Below, piece after piece: positions 1 to 13,411 of a stretch of DNA of 64,000 nucleotides. The notes below the pieces were generated by a model. The model was not told where the DNA came from and did not search any database. It saw only the letters and a program-made list of their open reading frames with translations. This DNA is from Curvularia clavata (Eukaryota), in NCBI GenBank assembly GCA_023920165.1, contig CP089275.1, positions 5,208,001 to 5,272,000 on the forward strand, given 5' to 3'. Numbering within the stretch: position 1 is the first letter of the stretch; every line of letters starts with the position of its first letter. The position numbers and the translations under genes were made by a program.

Positions 1-490
1 GGGGATAATTCCGTCAATACAGCCTACCCACGCTACATCAGATATGGGCTATGCAGAGAGCAGACTCGGGCTGCAACGGACAAAAGACGAAGCGTATCGC
101 ATGCGTTCACTTTTACCGCTTCGTCTGGTCTTGGGAAGCGATTTTCCAGTCGAGCCCCCAAGCATACTCGAGGGTATATACGCAGCCATGACGCGACGTA
201 GCCCACGAACAGGTCTGGACCAAAACGGTGGTAAAGATGGCTGGTATCCTGAAGAGACTTTGAGCTTTGACCAAGCTTTGGAGGGCTTTACTTTAAACCC
301 TGCATACGCTGCATTTCTTGAAAAGGAAGCTGGTAAAATAGAGGTGGGAATGTTTGCGGACTGGGTTGTTTTCGATGAAGAGTTGGAGACTATGGACGTT
401 GAGGCACTACGTAAAGCGACAGTAAGAGAAACGTGGGTTGCTGGCAAACGGGTTTATCAAAGGCCTGAAGGCGGAGATATTGCTCGATAG
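1..490 (+). CDS. Amidohydrolase 3 (YtcJ-like) family protein, 3' part (5' end outside window)
   Basis: Open frame from base 2: SIQPTHATSD, LGSDFPVE, FTLNPAYAAFLE, GKIEVGMFADWVV, TWVAGKRVY; stop at 490. Confidence 0.85.
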   Translation, partial: GIIPSIQPTHATSDMGYAESRLGLQRTKDEAYRMRSLLPLRLVLGSDFPVEPPSILEGIYAAMTRRSPRTGLDQNGGKDGWYPEETLSFDQALEGFTLNPAYAAFLEKEAGKIEVGMFADWVVFDEELETMDVEALRKATVRETWVAGKRVYQRPEGGDIAR

Positions 491-917
491 AGTCTCCTTG
501 AGTATCACGCCTGGAATGGCGTCCTTAAGCCGCATGAATTCATCACGTTCTTTGGCGGTTCTGGCAGCTTTGCTGAAGCCATTCGATTCAAAATGTCTTA
601 GACTCATATTAGAAGCATCAAAAGATTCTTCGTTTGCTTCCTTATCAGGCTTCGAGTCACACAGTCCTTGCGTTTGTCACAGTGCACAAAACCCTTGCAT
701 ATCTCTCGCATTGAGCATAGGTCCCGCGCCGTTTGCTGCCTTTTCCTAGTGCAGTCTAAACATCCATTACGGTGCTTATAGCCAACCAGGTACTGCGTAA
801 TACTCCTCCACCATCCACACCTACAACCTGTGCCTCACGCGGAGAAGACTCCAACTTGTCATCGTCCACACGCCACAATCCCCCGTACGGGTGCCTGATC
901 TTCGATAGTAGGACATA

Positions 918-2191
918 ATGTCTTCAGTAAGTGACGTATTCGTAGTCTCATTATTAACCCGGCACAAAATATTAACAAACGATACTACTAGACACTAGAC
1001 ATGGCGATCACCAAACAAACTTCAAACACGGACCTACCTGAGGCAACTACCCTTGCCGAGGCTCTAGAAGTGATGTCTTTGACGACGCCGAGTACTCGTT
1101 CATCCGCGCACCAGCTCTTCTCTGAAATCAGAGATATCTACACAACGCTAACTGAGCTATCGTCACTGGCTCCATCAGAAACAGTCAACACCCTTTTGAC
1201 GCGCCTTGTCAACCTGTGTGTGGCTCCTTATAGCACCGAGTTCACGACTTACTTCTTCAAGATCCAGGGTGCGGAAGAGCTGTGCGAGAGGCTACGCTCG
1301 ATATGCTCGACAGCTGAGAGTGAACTGGAAAAGTACTATGTGGAACAAATGTTGGGTAAGTAAACTTCTCCCTTCCCTCTGATTTTCTACCGTTTGCCTC
1401 TTGGTCCCGACAAACAGGGAAGCCGATAATAGAGCAGCACATTAACTTTGACCCAGAAAACCTTAGAGAAAACCCTTCTTCCCGCGGTTTTCTCGAGATT
1501 TACCCTTACTTGGAGAACTACTGGTACCAAACCCAGCTAGAAGCTTCCATCATGAAGCCCTTTTGTGTGAGCTTTCCACCCCTTTCCATAGCCTTCATTG
1601 GCTCGGGCCCTTTACCCCTGACATCTCTCTTCTTCACGCACCACTTCCCCGACGTCAAAATCTACAACATCGACGGCGACGGCGACGCCATCGACCTCAG
1701 CGCCGATCTTTGCCGTCGAATGGACATGAGAGATCGCATGGTCTTTGTCCAAGAGGATGCGAACAACCCATCCACCGGAGCTGATTGGATGAAATCCGAG
1801 ATCGTCTTCTTAGCCGCATTGGTTGGAACCGATACGAAGTCTAAACTGGACATTCTCCGCAACTTGGCGCCGAAGCTGCGGCCAGGATGTCTGATTATTG
1901 CCAGGAGTGCTCGAGGCATGAGGAATGTGCTGTATCCGGTAAGTTGTGCGCTGTTTTTCAGATCTGCAGATGCGAGAGACAAGTTGATGCTGGAGTACTT
2001 GTAGCCGCCTCAGTGATGCACCTACCTAGGATCGAAAAGACAATTCATATTTAATTTGACTAACCAGTGGAAAATAGGTCCTTGAACTTTCAGAAGACTT
2101 TGAGGCAGCTGGGCTCCAGATCATGGCCGAGGTGCATCCGTGGACGGAGGTTGTGAATTCCTCTGTCGTGTTTCGTGTGAAGCATAGGTAA
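918..2191 (+). CDS. Nicotianamine synthase-like protein (spliced)
   Basis: NAS motifs YPYLENY..QLE, FIGSGPLPLTS, VFLAALVG, RSARGMRNVLYP, VHPWTEVVNS. Inferred introns ~927-991, 1356-1456, 1939-2078; stop TAA 2189-2191. Alternative start at 1001. Confidence 0.85.
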
Positions 2192-3717
2192 GAGCAGGAA
2201 AGTAATTTGCGTGGAGTTGCTTAATTGTGACTCAGGAGACGTGCTTGGACATTTCTTGCTGGATGAACTCAATCGTGTGGGCGTTGTCAAATGAGAGACG
2301 GCAGTCGGGACGGACCATGGTATGTGATATTATAGGGACAACGGAATGATAGCACAAATTGCAAATGTACACCAGTAGTGTACCTAAGATGCATCATGGG
2401 TTTCAAGCCGCTTATAACGTGACAACTGAAGTAGCTTTTTGCCTATACGAATATGTTACTAAGACAACTACAGATACTCCAGTATCGATTGATGCAAAGA
2501 GTTCTAGTACCAGGCTTTATATTTGCCATAGCACCACCAAATTTATCAGGCTCTTTGGAGTTGGAAATGTTGGATCGAATAAGCTTGTTAAAGCCAGTAT
2601 CACCATATCGCCTATGCCCGGTCAAGCTGTTAGACATCTAAGTTCTCGGCTGCTATTTTCCTAAGAACATATTTCAAGTTCCATTGCGGAAATAGCCCAT
2701 TTGTGCCAGAGCCTTCTTCCCCTGGCCAGATACAAGCATCTGCGGTAGCCTCTCCAATGCTAGGTCGCTTAGCGAGTATATCAAGACCACTAGACTGCTG
2801 CTGGGGAGCAAACGACCCAAGGGAAAAGAAACCCCTCAGTCTCGGTGACGTCATTCAAAGGCTGGATGTGGTTGCCTATGATCATGCGGTGGCAGCAAAC
2901 GCTGCGAGCCACAAGGCAGAAATCACGTGCACCGTTGTAGCCGCTCTACTTCCGCTACTTTCACCGCTACTATTTTCTTGGCTTGGACCTATATATACCT
3001 GACTTCTCCCACCGACCCAACAACCTCTTTGCTCTTCAATCAACCACAAGCCACCAGCCAAATCCCTATATATACTTGGCTCCATCGGCCCAGCACTTAT
3101 ATACTTGGCTTTCTTCATTAGCTCAACGCCTACACCTCTTGTATATCTTTCTGTCAAGCCCCCAACCGCATCACCGCCGGTACTTTTACGAAAAATACAA
3201 TGGTATATTTCACATCCGATTTACCAAAGGATATGTTTTAGGGTTGCAGTGGACAAAGCTGCAAGGCCACTAGCCATCTGGCCCGGCACCCCACACCATG
3301 AACAAACAACCGGAATATAGTTGTGAAATTATCCAAAATTTCACATCGCGCGATAACATTGAATTAAGAGCAATCATGCAGGGCCATGCCCTGCGCTTCG
3401 GCAAGAACGCGAAGGGGGTAGAAGTAGTCTTAATATTCATACAAGGTGTGACGGAGAGTAGGCCTGGACCTGGAGAACGCTACAAATAGATCTCCCGAGA
3501 CTGGATCCAGGTTGGTGCAAAATGGAGAGACAGCATTAACGACTGCCTATCTCTATCGAGGGGGCTCTCGGCACGGGTTCAGCCCGTTGGCAACCTCCTC
3601 CTAGATCCGGAGGAAGGAAGCTTAACAAAACCCTTTTCGGACTCCTCTAGGCCTTCCTTACCCTTAGCGTTTCGTCTAAGATTTACGGCAACAGCGTCAT
3701 TCAGCTCGCTCAGAAAC

Positions 3718-5366
3718 ATGGCATCTAAAACCTTACAGAGATGATAATCAAGAGCATGATCGAAGCAGGGCTGTACGACGCCCTCAACAACGATACCTGC
3801 ACCCTTGAAGGCTTGTCCAACGCATCCAACTTGAGAATCGATAATACACGTGGAAATAGGAAGATTGGTGTTTACACAAGATACATCAAGTCTGGCTCAA
3901 GCAAATACAATTGGGAAGCAAACAAGTGGTCAGTGCTAACTAGATCGGGTTTTCTTGGTTACTAACCCAAGTTCCTAGATATATCTACGTCGGTCAGACA
4001 TTATGCAACGAGCTCAAGACCACCCAAACACCGCTACGAGCTTCTCTGCGTTTATCAGAGCGTCAACAAGCTCACGCATATTTGCTCTATGCATCTTTCA
4101 CGAGATAACCCCTCCAGTATTGTACTATCTAACTAAACAAGCGTTCATATATCTACTCCGAACGTATCAGACTGACCTTTTCGGTATAATGACCGCGGCA
4201 CAACCAAACACAAAACTCTCCATTCAGGAAGCAGCCATATCTATCTCTAGTCTAGCTCGCAGCGTATTTCAGTCTACGGGCTAGAAGCCATTCAGCGAGC
4301 GCAATAACTCTACACGTTTTAAGGGGGGCTAATGCGTAATGTCCACTAGAAGGATCCCGCGAGAAAGTGGACAAATTGCTATGGACACGAACAGACTTCT
4401 AATTCAAGGACTTTCGGACAGGCGATTCGTACGCCCTGGCAGAGTTTCAGCGCAGCAAGCGGAAGCGTGTGCATTACACAAAACCACAGTCGGGCGGTTC
4501 ACTTTACACGGTATAAAAACCTCAAACAAGGATGTCAGTTACGCCATCACTGACTCGTTGAAAGATAACAACCCCGACGGTGTTATATATCATATTCAGG
4601 ATATATGTGCACATAGTTTTCGAGTTCCGCCTGGATAGAAGGCCCCATCCGAAGTCTTAGGCCCGGCTTCTATTAAGTAGTGGGGCCTTTTGAAAATTCA
4701 ACCCAGGCAAACTCGTTTGCTGTACGTTACGAGTAGGAACATTCTTATGCATCTGGAACTTGGCGATTCCACTATGTACAGATAGCGGATAACCCAACAT
4801 TTTTGGATACCAGGATTCCTGGTTCTCTTCGACAGTATGCTCTTGCTATGGGGATGGTCATGCGATTCTTTGGTCACTCACAAAAGAGTGTACCTGAATG
4901 GGTGATGCGCCTGATCGCAGATGCCCGAGTTTTGCAAGTACACTATGATTATATGGTGCGTTCTATCTGCCTCAAGCTACAAGAGAAGCTTGAGCTAAAG
5001 TCCTTCAAGCGGCGATGTGCTGAAGTCCTAAAGTCCATGTTGGCAAAACATGGTCTGGGCATAAAATTCGAAGACGTGAATCTGGCCAAGACGCCTAGAA
5101 GAACAGACAGGGAGAGATGCGACCTATGCCAGCTGCTCTTCAATATCCGCTCATATCAAGGATTCAGTAGAGGCTGCAAGAGGAAGGGAAAGAGGTGCTC
5201 GAACTGAACCAAATGGAATCTACCTTCTTGCACTTGGACACCAAACGTCCCAAGCAAGTCGACAATCTGGAAGGCTGTGTGCGAAAAGCGCAAAATAACA
5301 CCAAAAGAGACGCACATGTACAGTCACATTGAGAACGTGCTTTTCACGCTTCCCAAGTTCGATTAA
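3718..5366 (+). pseudogene. Degenerate GIY-YIG nuclease-like gene with C-terminal Cys cluster (may extend upstream to ~2700)
   Basis: IGVY (~3864) and, after an intron at 3929-3978, YIYVGQT (3980-4000); then frameshifted MQRAQDH; GANA*CPLE near 4325-4351; C-terminal CDLC..CKR..CSN*..C. Several in-frame stops and frameshifts. Confidence 0.55.
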
Positions 5367-5577
5367 GTGTAAACGAAAGCCATCCAGAACGGGTTACTGC
5401 ATATACAAACAGAAGAATTAATGAACAAAAGCGAAGATGAAGATGTAGGAGATGCTCATGTAGTTGAGGTGGCATACGATGTCATGGAAACCGAGCTGCA
5501 TGTATCCAGAAATGAGGTCATTTCTTCATGAATGTTTCTTCTAATTACAATACTACTCTCTGCCATATCCATCATCT

Positions 5578-8544
5578 TCAAAACGAGGTGTTTTGTATTG
5601 GAAAACCATCTAAATCACTGCCTCCTCCCCACTCTTTTCCCATGGCCCAAGAGTCCTCTGCATCTCCCAACGGCATGAAATCCAGGTTTGTACCTCCTTC
5701 GTTCATGCGCCCGCCACCGAGAGCAGCACTGCTTATAACGTCCTCGAACGCACTCAGCTCAGGGAAATGCGCATTCGCGAGCTGCGATATGGCGTCTTGA
5801 GATTCATAGTCCGTGTTCATCCATGCGCCAGGATGGCGCGCCTGTGATGATGAAGATGCTGCGGCCGAGTGTGTGGAGAGCGTGTGCGAGAGGTCAGGGA
5901 CCCAGGCGTTGGGCTCAGAACGAGGTGTGACGATGATATAGCCATCTGTCTGGCTTTGATCGTCGAAGCGAGGTGGTAATGGCGTCGGAGTTTGAATGGA
6001 GAGACCATGTTGCATCGACGTCCCCTGTCCATGATCTTTCGATAGGCTTAGCGTAGTACCCGTGGTACTTGAACTCATAGTTCGTGTTTTGCGAGCTCCG
6101 CCAGTCCCAGCGCGCGGTCTGGCAGTACTGCTAGAACTCATCTGCCGTTTCTTGGCCCACTGTTGAGTGCCATCGTTCATGTCGCTGTCCATATCGATTG
6201 TGCTCCCTCTACGTGCAGGGACAATACTGGACTGAGGCCTGTAGATATTGAAAGACGTGGAAGAGACTGGGTCGGGGCCGCCGCGTAGTTCCACCATTAC
6301 CGCGCGGAGGACGGTCGACATGCGCTCAGCGGGCTGATAAGTATATGCCATATCTGACAGAGCGGCTGCGAGACATTCAAGATATTGCATGTTGTTTGCG
6401 CGGGAGACGGGATCCTTGATGAAGGCTAAGGCTGCGACGAGAGCAGTCGCTGCGGTGCCCTGAGTTTCTACGTTAGCACTATCATGTGTAGTTTAGGTTT
6501 ATGAAAATGTACGCACAGCATGCTGTATACCCGTGACAAAAATTTGCTTGGTGTCAAATCGTTGTCGATGCTGCCAGTATATCCTCGCCACCCTGATTGC
6601 ATGTTTTGTACAAACTGTTCTACTTAATGCTGAAAAATGATCATCAGGTCCATTTTCATTGTTAACCTGGTCCTCATACATAGCAAACGGGCGATGCAGT
6701 AAGATGAGGCTGGAGTGATATTGCTGGTGAAGCAGGAAGAAACTGAATGGGGCTGTTGCGATATTGTTCGGCGTCCATTGAAGTTGTTCTGGCAATTTAG
6801 TATACCATCTACTGAACTCACGATCTAGCGCTGCCATGCGCATGTACTGATTGCGGTCTACTGCAGAGTGTACATCTGAAGAAACTGCCTGAGAAGAATG
6901 GGGATCCATGTTTTCTGTTATCTTGCCGGCGAGTTCCATTAGGTCCAACAGGGCTTCGTAGATCATAGTTTCCATGCTCTTCTCGGGGCCAGCGGGTCGG
7001 CATGTACCAAGGCGTTCAAATTGTTTAGTTAGATGATATATTTCCAGGTCTGCTGACTTCATGGATGTTGGGCGGCCAAGGAAGAGCGCCCAGTACTTGT
7101 CGTAGATGACACAGGCCCAGAGAGTCATCTGTCGAATCTCAACCTCGCGTTGCGGAAGGCCTGAAAGGCGGGTATCGAGGTGGAGACTAAAGGCCAATGC
7201 TGTTAGTAAATAAGGACCAAGCATACGTGTCAAAGATCGCAGGACATACCCGATGTCAAATGCAAGCCTCACAGCCATTCCGGCGTACATCCAGCCCACG
7301 TTATCACGGCCTACACCGCATTCCAGGTCTCCTAATAAGAGCAATGCGATCACACTCGTTATCCCACCTGGCCTCTCCAGCTCATGATCAAGCATGTACT
7401 TGGCCTCGCGATGCAGAGAGCTTTCCATGCCCGGCATACTAATTCTCTTGATGTCTGGTCTCTCCTTGTTGGCGAAGCGGAATCCCATAGCTAGAACACA
7501 CACATGTAGGAAGCCGGAGTAAAATTGTGTACGACCCATCTCACGATCCTCGTTAAAGGCTTCTTGATGCAGTACGTGAAGCACGGGGTTGTAGAACTGC
7601 CAGAAGAGATTCATCAAGTAGTCGTACGTTTCCAATGGAAGAGAGCGTATGATTCTGTCTGCTCGCCGGGCTTGTTCGTTTGATTCTTGGGCTATGTTTG
7701 AAGGACTCAGAGATTCTGAGTGCACATGACAGTTTGTTGTTGGACCAAAGTAGCGAAGACGTCCATTCAGCTGGTCAAAGGATAGATGGCCACGTGTAGA
7801 GAGTAGTCGATTGACCATGCCGTCTTTCTTTGGCGGAGGTAGCATGGAGGGTGAGCCTACGCTATCTGCATCACCAGTCGATACATAAGGGCTGTTGGTG
7901 TTGAAGTCATGCTGCTCAAACTCTGGATAGTCATCCCGGAGACTGCCTTGGCTTCCTGGACTAGAGTGTTCTTGTTGTATTGTCTTATGCTCCACATTCT
8001 TCTGGTTTGGGGAGGCCGGTTCTTCCTCATTGTTCGGGGCACTGTGCCGTGTTTTGGGCGGATGATTTGCTGGGGGAATTTCCTCGCCTCGCTCCTTTAG
8101 CATAGCCTCTAGCAGAGCTACACGGTCGGTGAGAGAGCACATATATGCTCTTGAGATGGGCCTGCGTAGTTGTGAGCTGTCGCCGCACTCGTCTGACACC
8201 ACACACAAACCTTCTTCGCTCATCGTCGTTCTTGATGATACACTCTACACCAGCTCGTTTGCATTGTGTGCACTCCTTCTCTCCTGGAGGCACCACGCAC
8301 TATAATCTTGTCAGAAAACGCTTCTTGTGTACAAAGACGATGACCATACCCGAATTCGGCGATCTCGGCAAGAAGCACAGGCGATGGACGCCCTGTGGCG
8401 CGGCTTGGTGGACTTCTCCTTTGATGGGACCTTTTCAGGAGTGCTTTGATCGAGCTTGCTGTCCCTTTTTGACTTTGTTTCCTGTGATTCGGATTGCTGC
8501 TTGTTCACGTTGGTTGTATTGGACGATTTAGTTTCTCCAGCCAT
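5578..8544 (-). CDS. Zn(II)2Cys6 transcription factor with fungal-specific TF (Fungal_trans) domain
   Basis: Spliced ACASCRDRRIRCVVPPGEKECTQCKRAGVEC binuclear cluster; GWMYAGMAVRLAFDIG, WACVIYDKYWALFLGRP; several introns. Confidence 0.92.
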
Positions 8545-9945
8545 TACTATCCTTGAGCTTGACCTTAATCTTGTATGCGTTGGATAGTTACTGCAGATCA
8601 GTTTGTAATGGGAATGGTAAGCTTAATGTGAAATGCGACGACTGTCATGGGAAGAATAGGCAGGGCCCACCACGATGGCACACCTCCAGACTAAATCCAA
8701 AATCCGGCCTTTTTCGAAGAACCCAGGTCAAGGCTAGCCCGAAACCTAACCGCCGAGCTGGGGGAGCAGCCCGCCTCCGCCATCTGAAGGCGGGGCCCCG
8801 CAGTTCGACTATACGGACACACGGAGCAGCTTTGCTTGACTAGCTATAGAAGGCGTTCGCGATAAGGAATGCCAGGCCTGTCGTGAAATGACATGCAGCT
8901 AACGACATTCAGTTTCGGCACCACATGCACGTACCGATCCGAGAATGTCGTGGAACAAAGCCAACTGCCAGGCGACCCTGTTTTTGCTGAATGTGGAGAA
9001 TTTCCTTCTCGCAAGACCTTATCTAGCGGGGTCTGTTTTGCAACCTTTCCGTCCTTCGACCATTGAGTTGCACACGCAAGCGATCATTTCTGCCAATCCC
9101 GGAATACTGACGTCGAGGCGCAGCCAGCGAAATATGGCCAAGAGACTGGCAACGCGCGATCGTTTCGAGGCAAGAGTCCCGGGACTTGTGGTGCGTGTGA
9201 CGCGCATTCAGTCCTGGGACCTAGGGTGGTTCTGTCGTCAAGCTTCTTCCAATGACAGCTCACTTCTTCAGTAGCGTTGCGTCTTTGTGGTAGTGCCCCA
9301 GAAATTGCGAGTCGTGTTGAACAATAAGGAGGGTTCATTCTGAGTCAAAAGCATGTCAAGATGAGGGGGAGGGATTTTATGATTGGGCGACGGGTTTTCA
9401 GCTAGTAATCATCGCAACTCCATATGCGTAGAGGCTAGGAAGTCAGCATCCGCAGTCATGCAGGTCCTTCAGGCCAGCCATCATCTCGATGGATGGATGT
9501 GCATTTGGACATGCTTTGCGCACTGAAGCGAGGTGGGCTAGACGGAGCCGTTTCTTTTCGGTTTCGCGTTAAGCCGATCGACTGTGCTAGAGGCCAAAGC
9601 TCTACCATGTCCCGTTGATGGAACTAAGAGAAGGAGAGAAAAAGAAAAGACATTGGTGAAACACCAAAGTTCGTACAGTAGACTGAAGAAGACATTACGC
9701 TAACCTTGCCTCCTGACATCCCTTCATACGTGTAATATACAGCCATTCTCTTCAACAACCTGTAAAACGGAAATATGAAAACAAACTCACCTACAGAAAT
9801 GATACGTAACTGTGACAACTGCCGCTACTTTTAAACGTAAAGTCGTAAGTACTATGAACATACTAAACAAATAACTGGGACGACTACAGCCATATTCAAG
9901 TAGGTCGCTACTCTCTGGTTCCACTAAAAGAGCAATTATTCGACC

Positions 9946-11946
9946 CTAATCCACATCCCACTCATGGTCCCAGTTCCGAATATACGGACTTAGTCCATGC
10001 AGATCTCTGGAAGCTGTCGCTTTGACATCACCATTTCCCAGGTACGCGAATCGGTTCTTATACCTGTAAACATAGTCGTAGTCTTCCCAGCGTGGTGTCT
10101 TGATGGTTTTGAGGAAATGGATTGTCTATGTGTTCGCGTCAGTGATTGCAAATGCAATGCGGGGTAATACGGGGGGATGTGCTACGCTAACACGGGAATG
10201 GAACGGATCCTCGTCAGCCAAAAGAGAGCAACTTACCGCACCAGGCCACAGGTAGATTCTGCCTGTTGTCGACCCATTCTTGAACCAGCTACGACACTCT
10301 TCCTGCCAGACAGTTGTTTTGTGGAACTCATCAAAATGTGCGTAAATTTCGTCCAGTGCTTCTTGCTTGACACTCATCGCCTTGATACCCTCGCATTGCA
10401 TTTTTTTCATGCACTTGATGCTGTATTCGATTGTTGTCTCTATGCTTGGCAAAAGAGTGCCGTTGCTCCACGTTGCACCTGGTCCGACGATGGTGTAATA
10501 ATTGGGGAATCGCGGTGCTGAGACACCCATGTAGAGATTAGGGCCGTTCGTCCAGTCTTCCTTGATAGAGACATTCGAACCATTCCGTACGGTGAATGCA
10601 GGCTGGAAAGCAACCTGGAAGCCGGTGGCACATACGATGGCATCTAGTTTGTGGATCTTGCCGTCGACCGTCTTGATGCCTTCTGGAACTATGCGTTCGA
10701 TGCCATCGAAAACTGGAGTTACATTGTCCTGTGTCAATGCTTCTAAGAAACCGTCTCCTGGAGAGATGCGTCGACAGCCAACAGACCATTTGGGGATTAT
10801 GAATTCCTTCAGTTTCTCATGACCTGGACCCATGCGTCGGTGCATCTCCTTAGTGATGACATCCTTGAATTGGTTTTGCAGCTCCGAGTTTTGCTGATAC
10901 ATACCAAACAAGCTATTAATCTCCGCCTCGATCTTCTTACGAAACTCCAGGTGGTACTCTGGGTCTTCCTTGAACCTTTTGATATCGGCTTCGGTGAATG
11001 TGTACTGTCGCTGACCTGGGTCGATATCTTGACCCTTTTGCAGGTTGTCGGTGAGAGCACCAGCGCCAAATGGTGGGGATATCCATGTTGGACTTCGCAT
11101 GTAAACTTCTAGCTGTAGAAGTAAAGAGGTCGAGTCAGCATTGGTCCCATATACAAAGAAAGCATCAGAACGCACCTTCTTTACTATTTTTTGAAGTGAA
11201 GGCACGATTTGGACACTCGTCGAGCCTAGTCCTATGACGGCGGCGGTGATGTTGTTGAAGTCTACGCTGTGATCCCAACACGCTGAATGGAGAAGCGGGC
11301 CTTTGAAGTCATGAAGCCCCTCAATATCGGGCCATTTCCAGTTGTTTAGAATACCTGAATTCAGTCAGATCTGCTCGATTGGCGATATTAGTGGAAGCTT
11401 ACCTGATCCATTAACCAATACATGTGCCCAGTCCTTTCTCATTGAGCCAGTTTTTGGGTTCCTGATTGTGAGACTGTAGCATCCATCGTCGTCATTCCAA
11501 TTTGCTTCCTCAACCTTGCTATTAAGCTGCATGTACTTTTTGCTCCCGTGCCTCTCAGCAAAGTCTTCAAAGTAGCCCTGGATCTCTTTCCCTGAGGCGA
11601 AAAACGTCGACCAGTCGGGCTTGGGGTCCCATGTGAAATTGTAATCGTGCGAAGGTATATCGCAAGCAACCCCAGGATATGTATTTTCATACCAAGTTCC
11701 GCCAAATTGGGGATTCTTGTCATACAGCGTGAGTTCCCACGACCCTTGCTCCAGCATCTTCTCCATCTTGTACGCTAAACAAAGACCAGAGGCCCCTGCA
11801 CCTATGCATGCTACCCTCAGTTTTGAAGGTCTCGAGTGATATTGATTTAGAATTTTGTATGGGCCATCAACATGTGATGGCGGGTAGTCGTAGTCTTGAC
11901 CTTGGTCATTGACATGCAGTCCGTTCGGCATTCTTGCATCCCCCAT
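9946..11946 (-). CDS. Baeyer-Villiger / flavin-containing monooxygenase 1
   Basis: GAGASG Rossmann motif, GGTWYENTYPGVACD, BVMO fingerprint FKGPLLHSACW, GCRR, ATGF; last exon 10125-9946 ends WDHEWDVD*. Confidence 0.92.
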
Positions 11947-13411
11947 TGCGGCAAGTGGACGACGCAGATTGGAAGACCTAGATCTGATTCAATAGGTTTT
12001 GCTTCGTTCGTGTAACCCTCTTTGCAGTGTTTGATGGAATAGTATGAGCGCGATTGAGAAAGACGAGAGTGCAGCCTTGCGAATGATTAAGTTCAAAAGA
12101 CAACAGACTATCAGCACAGAAATAGGGCTAAGAGGTTGCGTTATTTTGAAGGAGCCATTAGTCACTCTCCAATGTTTAACCGCCCCTCGGGTGACTTCAT
12201 ACACTATACAACCTCCATGCTTATCTGGTTGGATTTCGGTTGGTGAACGCTACGCGGGTCACTTTAGGCGCCATTTTCGGAAAAAGAGTTATGCTTTGAT
12301 TCATAGCCTTTGGCTACGCTTATTTCATGAACACTCGCCGTTTAGCCGGGGTGCTAGCGGCCGCATAGAAAGTTGACAGTCAGGGTGTGCGACTGCTGAG
12401 GGGTTGCGGAAGAAGTTACGCGGGATGGGTTCCGCCACAAACTACGTACGTAAGCACATGTGAGTAGGCCGGCATGAGATTCTTGCTGGTCGTCATTTCC
12501 AGCAGCCGTCCAACTGTCTTAATCATATGCTTCTCTTAGTTAATTTTCTATCTACGATGACAATATATTCATCTAAAAAAGATCGACGGCTTCCTGGCGC
12601 GCGATATCCAAGCCTTTGGAACTTGAGTCTAGCGAGGTTGTTCAGAGGCTACGTACAATTTTTGATTCTTTTTCAGAAACATCTGCAAGACGATTCCAGC
12701 GGATTTGCATAGCCTTGAAGGTCGCACAATGTTTCCTTTTAATGCCGTGACAAATGCAAACTTTAACCCTGGGGCTTCCTGTCCTTCATAACTGTCGCAA
12801 AACCTCTCCAGCCGACTTGGGCTTGAATATGCGATATATTGAAGGCGCGGTTCCATATCTTCGGTAACGCTCCCTGTACATTCACGACTAGCTTCACATC
12901 CAATAGAGCAAGATACACTCGCCTGCACAATCGGTTTCCGGTATCAAACTCCGCACCTTTTTTTCACAAAAGGGGATCAGCATCGCTTAGCGGTACTTGG
13001 GTATACTTTGTACACATAAGATCAACTCGAGGCGCCTAGCTCTTACTAGTGTCTGCAATATAATACTCCTCAACCGCTGGAAAGCTCACAAGGTCTATGT
13101 CGACGAGGGTTGGCCATCCTCCTTGCTAGAGTCATCTAGGTGTTCGTCTCTTCAGTTTGATGTATTGCAAAATCGCCTTCGGATAATCCCACATGTCAGC
13201 CTTGCGGCGCCACACTGTGGGCTGTGCAACCGCCCACCCTTTGAATTAGCGTACAGCATCTCAGCTGTTCTTGGCCTGAGCGCCGCACTACTCCTAACAA
13301 CCACTCACTTGTGGTCATACCTAGTTTCATAATCCCTCTCAATATCCAAGTAGGGGCTATTGCATCAAGCTTTACTACGCTCTGCCGCTTTCCTGCTTAG
13401 ATTGGACCACC

